DNA of 64,000 nucleotides from Histomonas meleagridis 2922-C6/04-290x (taxonomy: Eukaryota > Protista > Parabasalia), in NCBI GenBank assembly GCA_020184695.1, contig JAANOX010000093.1:1-64000 (forward strand), written 5' to 3'. The position numbers were made by a program, and so were the translations under genes. The notes beneath the pieces were generated by a model. The model was given only the letters and a program-made list of their open reading frames with translations. It had not been told where the DNA came from and did not search any database. Below are positions 31,720 through 41,600 of the stretch, in pieces. Every line of letters starts with the position of its first letter. The first letter of the stretch is position 1.

Positions 31720-33727
31720 ACTTAAATATACTACTTGAACTTCAACAAATAGTTTTTGATTTAAATGATAAAAACTTTGAATTATCAATTGAACAAACAA
31801 TCAAAATTTTTGATATAAATTGTCCATTTTCATGTAATTTGATTATAAGCAAATTAATTTTTTTTTTGCATTTTATTCCCAAATAAAAGCAAATGATATT
31901 TATATAAGTTATTTAGAAAAAATTCAAACAAAAGAAGAAGAAATCGATAAAAATAATGCAATGATTATTAAAATTTTTAATGATTATATAAGTAGAATTG
32001 ATTTACAAGAATCATGTTGTTTAATTGATAGAATGCTTCAAAAAAAATTAATTGATGAAAATATTGTTAAGTCCATCCCTTTAATATATTTTGCACACTA
32101 TTAAACAGAAGAAGAAAACAAACGGAGGAAATACTCTGATTGCATTATTTTTGGATTGGGAACTTCATAAAAAATATGTTAAAGAAGGTTAATCCAAATA
32201 AAATTGCTGTAATAATTCGAAATGATGAAATAGAGAAACTTCAAGAAATATCAACACAAACAAATTTTGATTTTAATCAAATAATTGAACCATCACTTTA
32301 TGAAAGTTGTTCATTTATTAATCAATATGATGTTAAATTAATTGATTATGCTGCATTTTTTGGATCAGTTAAATGTTTTAAATATTTGCATATGAATGGT
32401 GCAAATGTAAATAAAACAGGTAAATATGCAATTGCAGGTGGAAATGAAGAAATCATTCATTTATGTGAACAAAATCATTCATCATTTATAAATGCATATG
32501 AAATGGCAATTAAATTTCATCGAAATGATATCTTTAAATATATTTATGAAAATAATATCGGAGTTGGTGATTTGGAATATTTGGGAAATTTATGTATTAA
32601 ATTTTATAATTTTGAACTTTTTAAAATTTAATTAATGAAGGTTTGAAAATTAATGATGATTTAATTAACAAATCAGTAAAAGTTGGAAATATTTTTCTTG
32701 TTAAATAATTTCTTCAAAATAATCCGATTCCAATGCAAATTTTAATCCATGCTTCATTATCAGCAACAGAGAACATTGAACTTATCAAATTTATTTTAGA
32801 GCAAAAAGACATTGATATTAATGCTAAAGATATTTCATTTTTTTATTTAATTTATTTTAATGTATTGAAACTCCAATATATTATTTGGATTTTGTTTAAA
32901 TGATTTCATACTGCTCTTATGATGGCATCAAAAAATGGTTACTCAGAAATCGTTAAATTACTTATTGAACAAAAGGGAATAGATATCAATGCTCAAGATA
33001 TTAAATTATATTATTTATAATTTATTATAGAAATTTAGTGTTTCAAAATGATATTTGGAATTTGATTAAAATATTTAATACAGCACTTATTTGTGCAACT
33101 GAAAAAGGAAATTTTGAAATAGTTAAATTACTTCTTGAACAAAAAGGAATTGATGTTAATGCTAAAGATATTTATTCGTTTTATTTAATATTTATTTTAA
33201 TAATTTAGTGTTTCAAAATAATAATTGGATATTGATTTAAATATTTAATATAGCACTTATTTGTGCAAATGAAAAAGGAAATTTTGAAATAGTTAACTTA
33301 CTTCTTAAACAAAAAGGAATTGATGCAATACAATCGCAGAATATTGAAACTATTAAATTAATGCTTGAACAAAAAAGTATAGATGTTAATGCTAAAAATA
33401 TTCACTTATTTTATTTTTTATTTGTTTTAATAATTTCTTATTTCAAAATAATGATTGGAAATCATTTAAATTATTTCAAACAGTACTTATTAGAGCATCT
33501 GAAAAAGGTTATACAGAAATAGTTAAATTACTTCTTGAACAAGAAGGAATTGATATTAACGCTAAAGATATTTATTTGTTTTATTTAGAGTTGATTTTAT
33601 TATGATAATGTTTCATAATAAAATTTGGTGATTATTTAAATTATTTAAAACAGCACTTATGAAAGCATCTGAAAATGGTAAAATAGAAATCGCTAAATTA
33701 ATACACGATAGAAAATCCTTTGTTTAG
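31720..33727 (+). pseudogene. Ankyrin locus C: DUF3447-type N-terminus (stops/frameshifts) + ankyrin repeats with five non-canonical inserts
   Basis: LIDYAAFFGSVKCFKYL...YAIAGGNEEIIHLCEQ (trichomonad DUF3447-like); inserts at 32835-32903, 33003-33073, 33173-33243, 33403-33473 and 33573-33643; in-frame TAA near 32100 and 32705 and frameshifts upstream. Confidence 0.75.
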
Positions 33728-34686
33728 ATTATATATATATTTAGTATTAATTAAAAAATTAAAGCAATTATTAATATTTTATGTGATCTTTTATGAATTA
33801 ATTTTATATTTTTAAATTAATGATAATATATACCAAGTTTTTAATAAATTAAATTATTACATTATATTCATAAAACCACCAAGTTTGCTATATTTAATAT
33901 GCTTAAGGATTTTTTTATATTTTAGGATTATTATGTATTGACAACTTAATAAGTTGATCTTAATAAAACTTCATAAAGCGATGGCTAATTCCAATAAAAC
34001 TATGGATTAAAAAGAAACTGCGAGAAAAGTCAAACCAAACATAATATCAACACAGTATTCCATTACTAAGCTGCAAAGCATCGAAAAAAATTATATTTGA
34101 TTTAAGTGAAAGTAATATCGATAAGTCAGTTGAAAAAGCGCTCGATTATTTTGATGGGTCATTTACACTTTCATTTAATCTTTTAGTGTGTAGATTGTTA
34201 TACTCGTGCTTTGTAGTACATTTCCAACAAGCAGATTCATATCTTAAATATTTAAAATCTTTTGAACTTGAAGAAGAAAAAATTAAAAATCTAAAGAAAC
34301 AGAAACCAATAAAAATTTTCACAATGTTTCTCATATCTTTAAATTCTCAAGAAGCTCAATATCTACTTGAAAAGCTTGTTATCTTATGCATCGTTTTAAA
34401 GATAAATGTTTATGTGAATACTTTAAGTCCTGGTGAAAGAATACATGACAAGAAATTTATTGAATTAAACGAATGATTTCAATATGGAACAGATACTTAT
34501 TTAAATGTGCATCAATTACTGTTTTTGGTGCTTCTTCAAATAGTGAAATATTAGGTTCATATAAATAAAGTACAGTTAAAATATAAATGAATTGAATTGT
34601 TAATTTTATTATTTCAAGATAATTAAAAATTATAATATAATACAGACAATTTTTTTAACACTGATTCGATAAGAATATGTTTGAGA

Positions 34687-35088
34687 TTAATTTGTAGATG
34701 CCTTGATCTGTTCAAGAAAATTCCTCATCTCAAGAGGTTGCCCAAGGAACTCTCTCATGTCGTCTGGAAGTGATTGAACTAATGCAAAATTTGCAGTTTC
34801 TTCACATATAAACGCAAGATATAATGGAGAAGATGATATCAAAACAACAGAACAGTCTTCTCCCTCAATTACCATTGATTGTGATTCACCAAAGCCAAGC
34901 TTCCCAAGGCGATCGAAATATTTTGGAAAAGATCGTACTAATGTTATATCAGATTCTTTTTGTGGTCCAGAAGATTCAGCTAATATTGATCCTTGTATAT
35001 CAGATATATAGATCTTTTTAATTCCAGTGACAGATTCGCATATTGAGTCTAGGAATGTTTTTGGCTGGATTTGTGCGCCTTGTTCCAT
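34687..35088 (-). CDS. Roadblock/LAMTOR3 (MP1)-like Ragulator subunit
   Basis: SVTGIKKIYISDIQG, GKLGFGESQSMV and SPLYLAFICEETANFALV align by eye to LAMTOR3; ATG at 35088. Confidence 0.65.
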   Translation of the reverse strand: MEQGAQIQPKTFLDSICESVTGIKKIYISDIQGSILAESSGPQKESDITLVRSFPKYFDRLGKLGFGESQSMVIEGEDCSVVLISSSPLYLAFICEETANFALVQSLPDDMREFLGQPLEMRNFLEQIKASTN

Positions 35089-35390
35089 TGAAATGAGTAA
35101 ACTTGTCAAAAAGTGGCTTATCCAAAAATGAAAAAAAAGTTATTTGTTTTCCAGCTCCGATTTCATGTTCACATGATAATGGATTATTGATACAACTTAC
35201 ATGATATTGCTGTAATTTTATTTGTAATCAGAACTCTAAAATTAAATTATTTGAATTATTCATCAATGTTTTCTTCTTATTTTTATTAAAAAAATCATCT
35301 GCTATGTATGAACGCTATTAGCACATACTACCGGTATAATAACATTCATTATTAAAGCATTTTTAATGTTTACAAACAAAAAAAAAGTTT

Positions 35391-35735
35391 TTATTGAGAA
35401 AGTAACCAATCAAGATAATAGAATGTGCAATTTTCACCACATTCTGGTTTGATTTCAAAAGATGTACATTTTGGAATTGTTACCATATCAAATCTCTCAA
35501 TAATCTTTTGTTCTTGTCCAAAATTAGTTGATGCTTTCCCATCGATTAGAATCAGTAAAATCATATTGTTATTATTTGTTTCAAAAGATAATGAATCTTG
35601 TATGGAATATTTTCGAAAACTGTTCATTTTACCTTCTGGGTACTGCCCTGCTGCAGCCATTACAAATTTTCTGATGTTAACATCATGAGAAGTTGCGGTA
35701 TCTTTGATCTCAGCGAATTTTTTTATTGTGGCCAT
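35391..35735 (-). CDS. Small cupin-fold-like protein
   Basis: ILIDGKASTNFG...FDMVTIPKCTSFEIKP resembles cupin beta-barrel motifs; ATG at 35735. Confidence 0.5.
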   Translation of the reverse strand: MATIKKFAEIKDTATSHDVNIRKFVMAAAGQYPEGKMNSFRKYSIQDSLSFETNNNNMILLILIDGKASTNFGQEQKIIERFDMVTIPKCTSFEIKPECGENCTFYYLDWLLSQ

Positions 35736-35912
35736 TTGGTGCTCTAGCAGCCGTTTAATGAAATTTGAATGAAGAATGGGGCGGGTCAAAATTTGAATAC
35801 AACGATATTTAAAAAGTTTTAAATTTTATGGTTTTTCATTTGTTTTTTGTTCTTCAAATGCTTTTTACTTTAAAAACCAATAATAAAATTATGGTTACTT
35901 TGTGTTTTATAA

Positions 35913-36185
35913 ATGTTAATACTTGTTTTTGATTTACTTCGAACCATTGATCAATCGTTTTTAGAAAACTTAACTTTAAAAAAATATTACATTATTGTTA
36001 TAGCAGCAATATCGCCTTTCTTTATTCTGTCATTTGTCCTCCATTGTTTTTGCCAAAGTGATAAAAATAAAGAGACACCAGAAGCAAGTCAAAACATGGA
36101 ATTTAATGAAGAAAAATATTCAGTATCAAGAAAAGATGAATTCATCAATTCCAATGATCAAGAAGACGAAGTTCACAGTGATTAA
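35913..36185 (+). CDS. Small single-pass membrane protein
   Basis: Hydrophobic YIIVIAAISPFFILSFVLHCFC followed by an acidic tail. Confidence 0.55.
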   Translation: MLILVFDLLRTIDQSFLENLTLKKYYIIVIAAISPFFILSFVLHCFCQSDKNKETPEASQNMEFNEEKYSVSRKDEFINSNDQEDEVHSD

Positions 36186-36263
36186 AACCTTTTAATAAAA
36201 CATCACTCCAAATTCCTATAAATGAAAAAGTTTTTACTAATAATCAAATTAATTCTTTAATAT

Positions 36264-37970
36264 TTAATGTGAGTATTGGTCAACATGCTTATTTAACACC
36301 TCCGTTGTTGATATCAACAAATTCACCGCGTCTCTTAACTCCTTTTGCGTAAGGACAACTTTGTTCTCTATCAGAAACGTCACAGTTTCGATGTTCTTTT
36401 CGACGTCTCTTTGCACAAACTCGAAAAGATTCAGTTCAGTTGAGCCCGGAACCATATAAAACGCGTGCGGATAACTCCAAATAAGAACTGAACGCGCTGT
36501 ATCAATTGCGCGAAATGCATCAGAACATAGTTCGAATGCTTCATCGAAAACAAAGTTTTTATTATAGCTAAATCGTTTCATTAAGTTTTCGGAAATTTTC
36601 TCTCGGATTTTATGCTCTTGTTTAGAGCTTGTGATATGGTTCACATAACGTGCGTAATAATGGCCAAGGCGGCGGAGATTTAATTCGGGTTTGTCTTGTG
36701 GTTGTTTATCCATATCAGAATCAAAATCTGTATATTGATTACAAGAATAAGCATCGCCTGTATGGGTCTTCCAGTCATGGCCACAGATCCAACAAAATTC
36801 ATAGCCACAGCCTCCAGCTTCTTTTCGACATGTCATATGATTACAGCCACCATTTTTTTCTATACGAGATTTACACTTGGGACATGGCTTTGTGTTTTTA
36901 TATATCCATTCCCCTTGAACGGCATCTTGGTTAATTTCCCGCCATCTGATGAGATTTTCACATGAAAGTGGAGCATGTGCTTCTTCCCCACATTTCCAGC
37001 AAACCCGTTGTCCACATGTACATGTAGCGACATTACAAAGACCAACAGAATTGATAGTAAGAAGATTTTGGCAATGTGAATTAAGACAATGCCGATATTG
37101 ATTACTTTTGACTATCTCACTTTCAAGGACAAATTGTTGGAAATTCTTTGCCAAATCAGGGCATAATGTTTCGACATCATGTGTGGTTACACGGCATTTG
37201 CAACCCAAAATCTGGCAAAATATTTCGGGGTGCCCCGTTGCGATGTTTTGTTTGATGTGAGTCTTCCAGCATTCGGTGCATATATAGTGATTACAAGGAA
37301 GAGCTAGAAAAGGAGAATCATCACAACAACAAATAGGACATTCATCTGGTGGGGGAACATCTGGAGGAACTGGATGAAGATGTATTGGGTCTGAAGCTTG
37401 CTCTGGAGTGATGCCAATAGTTGAAAGAACATCGTGATCTGAATAATCTTGAAATAATTGATTATCGTTATAAGCATAGTTTTGTAAGAGAATACTTGCT
37501 ACTTCTGGATGAATAAATAATGTTTGTGAAACATTTTTTAAAATTTTTTCTTGATTTTCAACTAATTGAGATATGGTTACCACAGGTGTAATTTTTGTAT
37601 ATTCGATTTCTTCTTCTTCAATTTCACTGATAATGTCTTCTTCTTCTTGAAAATTTTGTTGCACATTTTCTTCAACGGGAAAAAATATTTGCGAATGTAA
37701 AAAATCATTAGTTTCGTCATAGTCAGCATTTGTAAAAATATTTTTGTAATTCGAACGTAATTGTTCTAATTCTGGATTTTCTTTACAGTGCTCATCGATT
37801 TCTTTTAATATGTCATAGAATAAATTTTTTGGGAACCAATTATTCTCATTATAATAATTAATAATGGATTGATAAAATTCTTCATTTGTACTTATCAAAA
37901 AATCACGTACTTCTTGAGCTACTTTGCGTATAAAATCAAAGTCACCATAAATATCGACATCATCGCTCAT
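36264..37970 (-). CDS. Ariadne-family RBR (RING-IBR-RING) E3 ubiquitin ligase
   Basis: CPICC...CNHYICTECW, IBR CWKCGEEAH, TKPCPKCKSRIEKNGGCNHMTC, Ariadne C-terminal helices. Confidence 0.95.
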   Translation of the reverse strand: MSDDVDIYGDFDFIRKVAQEVRDFLISTNEEFYQSIINYYNENNWFPKNLFYDILKEIDEHCKENPELEQLRSNYKNIFTNADYDETNDFLHSQIFFPVEENVQQNFQEEEDIISEIEEEEIEYTKITPVVTISQLVENQEKILKNVSQTLFIHPEVASILLQNYAYNDNQLFQDYSDHDVLSTIGITPEQASDPIHLHPVPPDVPPPDECPICCCDDSPFLALPCNHYICTECWKTHIKQNIATGHPEIFCQILGCKCRVTTHDVETLCPDLAKNFQQFVLESEIVKSNQYRHCLNSHCQNLLTINSVGLCNVATCTCGQRVCWKCGEEAHAPLSCENLIRWREINQDAVQGEWIYKNTKPCPKCKSRIEKNGGCNHMTCRKEAGGCGYEFCWICGHDWKTHTGDAYSCNQYTDFDSDMDKQPQDKPELNLRRLGHYYARYVNHITSSKQEHKIREKISENLMKRFSYNKNFVFDEAFELCSDAFRAIDTARSVLIWSYPHAFYMVPGSTELNLFEFVQRDVEKNIETVTFLIENKVVLTQKELRDAVNLLISTTEVLNKHVDQYSH

Positions 37971-38650
37971 TCCAACGAATTCACCTTTTGTGGACGATAC
38001 AAATTTTGTGTTGTTTATATTTGAAAAATAGCCAAAAAAACAAATAAAAAATTAAAGGCAGGGTTACATGTAAAATTCTTCTTTGTTATGTAATAAGAAA
38101 CATATTTTAAGGAGATATGATTTTTTGAGGTACAAAGAATACAAAGACCCTCATAATTTTAAATTGCATGATTACTTATTGAAAAAAATAAAAAGTTGAA
38201 ACTATACAAAGGTATAATTTTTCCTACAAGAATCCTTGGAATATATTTAAATTGTTCACTGCTCTGGAAGTTTCGAAGATCTAACAAAATCAAAAATTAA
38301 AATGTAACTTTTTGATAAATTTACTCGATGTTTCTGCGTTCACATGTAACAATTTTCCAAGGAAAGAATATTAAATCATTAGACTTAAAATCTAATCATA
38401 CAAAAGACTTTATATTATTTTTCTATATACCATTTTGTGATCAAAAAAAAAAAAATCGAATTGTAATTATTTATAAATTTTTTTTCAAAACACAAGTTTT
38501 AATTTCTTTTGATTTAAAAAAGGCATTAGAAAAGATGATTAGTATATTTATATAAGTACAAGAATTAAATCGCTTTGTTGTACCCATAAAAGTGGATTGA
38601 ATGCGAAACGATTAAATATAGTTCAAATTTTGGGCTTGACAAAATCTCTG

Positions 38651-41600
38651 ATGAACAACCATACAATCATATTCGAAGCTGTATTTTCCAGACTAATTGA
38701 ATCATTTGCGAGTAATGTTTATAGTGTTCTCAGCGATTTTGAACAGAAAAACCCATTAATTCCATCAGCAGCGAAGAGTGATCTCATTCTTGAGGACATT
38801 TTTCGACAGTTTCCGAGAGAAATTCCTTTATACATCGAAATAATTGATCAGCTAACTTTATTAAGTAAATGTAATACAGAAGTTATTTTACATTACCTAT
38901 GCAAAATGACCAAGCGAATATTAAAAGGAGCACGTGATACACCTCTTGGTGTTTTACAAGGAATGTCCACAAGCTTTGATCCTAACAATCGGCACCACAT
39001 ATTATTATTTCATTATTTTTCATTATTTTTTCTTACAGATTTAATATGTCACATTTGTGTCAATTCTCCACCTCATGATCAAAAAGTATGTATTGAAATA
39101 TCACGAGTAGGTTATAACATCGCTATATCTCAACCACTTTTACCCAATGTTTGGAAAACATTAATTAATCAATGGTCTGTCATTTACTCTATTCTTTCCG
39201 AAAATGCGTTTGGGTCAATTTCCACCATTTTTTCCATGTTTAATCCATCGCTGTCTTTTTCACTTCCACTCCGTTTAATGCGATTTGCACGATTTGATTC
39301 CGATGATTCGATGGGTCAATTTTTTTTCACAGAAGTCTTTACGATATTACAAAAACATGGGAAGAAACGAACTATTACAAACTCTATTTTAGAATCTCTT
39401 TCATATTTAGTAGTAACATTACCATTTTCTGAAAACATATTACAAAAACTCGCGTTAATATCATATGGACTTCGACATGACAAAAGTTTATATCTAAATG
39501 CATTTCTCCTTTTTACTGCCGTTGCGATTCGTTATCAAAAGATTTGGAGTCGTTGCATAAAATCATTTCAACGGAAAATTTTACCGAAAGCAGCAAAAAG
39601 AAGTAAATTAAAAACCGTCTTGCAAATATTCAAAATATTGATGTATGGTAGAGACGTCGATCCTAATTGGATGTTTTGGGTATGGGGCCGTAATTCACGT
39701 GCTTCACCATTATCTTATATCAAATATAACAGTTCGGTTCAATTCAATCAAGGCGAAAATTTCAATTTTTTTTCATCGTTCATAACGTACTTTTACCAAA
39801 AAAGTGACTTTTCGGTATGCCCCAAATCGTTTATGGAAGTTTTAGTACATTTTGCATCATTAGACTTTGATTCATTTATGAAGTTAATTGTACCCAAATT
39901 TATTAACTTACCTAGTAATGATTCACGTTTTTTATCATTTATGATGTCAGTTTCATTAATTAATTCTAATGATTTCAAACAAAATGCATTTAAATTATAT
40001 AGTGAACAACAAATTAAACAATTTAATAACTTAATTAAACAAAGAGTTATCTCAATATTAACGTTATGTGAAGGACGAAATGAAAAAAAAGGAGTTTGCA
40101 TAACAAATAGCGAAGTCTTTTTAGCTTCATTAATTGAAGAAGCAGATCAAAAGTTAACGCAATTGTTTTCTGATTGGGGCATTGAACAATTTGGTAAATT
40201 ATTAATCAAATTAAATCGATGTGAACAAAACACAAATCGAATTCCTTTGTTAGAGAACATATTACCATCCGTACGCTTTGTTTTTTCGGAAGAAGATTTC
40301 ATGAATCCGTCGATAATGCGAATATTAATTGAGTTAAGTTTCCATCAAAATATAAAAATTGCAACAGCTGCATATCATATTTCGAAAAATGTTTTATCGA
40401 ATTTACCAAATGTATCACAATATTTAACAATTTTATGTTCATTTTTAAAATCGGACATTGATCCAGAAGCGATTTTTATAGTCTTGACATTAATATCAGA
40501 TACATTTCAACATATTAAAGAAGAAATTAAAGATGAATTAATGTATGACATTGAATATGTTACATTTATGCAATTATCATCAATATATCCTAATACACGA
40601 CATTTATCTTTTTTGATATTACAACAATTACATGAAATATTACAAAGTAATTGTATTTATCATATAATATTTAGTAAAATGAATCAAATCAAAAAAATAG
40701 TAAAAACTAAAGTGTTATTACATAAAATACCAAATTTACCTGACGTTAATCCATTACCTTCGAATTATATTAACTTCGAAACTTCATTAATATCACATTA
40801 TTATGATATATGGATATTCTTTTTATCGGAGATTATGAATTGTTTAATATTATCGAATTATTATCAATTATTAAGTCGAATTGATAAATATAAAACTTCT
40901 TTCTTCGACTTAATCTTAAATGAATCGAAAAATCGAAATCCAAGTGACATTGGATTATTATTAATTATATTATCATCACAATATTATATATCTAAACGAC
41001 ATCGATTATCATTTGAAAACAAAAAAACTTCATTAAATATTGAAACTAAAAATACTTCACGTTCTTTAGTAATAAATGTATTAACACAAATATTACAAAA
41101 TGAAAATGATCGAATTTGTCAAATGGGATTTAATGTATTACCACATTTAAATGTATTATTATATTCATTAGTGATTGAACTGATCTCAAAAGTATCTATT
41201 GATCGATTATCTGATGCTACATTTGTATTAACGTTAATATTACGATCACCAGATTTAGATAAACATTTTTTTAAGCGTAATATTCGAAAGATTATTCAAT
41301 TCATGAGTATTATGCAATATTATTTCATTAAAAAGAAATTAAATGGTTCGAGAAATATACAATGGACACCTGAAAGTGAGACTAAACTTTCATGGGAATC
41401 TTCTTTATTAAGGAATTATTGTTTAATTGTTTCAGTGTCATTTAGTTGGTTCACTGATCCAATTTCTGATGATATATGGCCTTTATCATTACGTGAAATG
41501 GTTTTTCGATTTTTATTAAATTGGTCAATGACTAAAACTGTTTCATTAACATCATTAAGAGCTTATGCATCTAATGCTTTAGTTACTATAACAAAACTTG

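Noticed and set aside
32829-32912. Excision between short direct repeats (ATTTCAT here; ATTTGAA in locus A)
   Set aside because: Removing one copy plus the intervening DNA leaves the downstream TAL out of frame in both cases, and other inserts lack such repeats.
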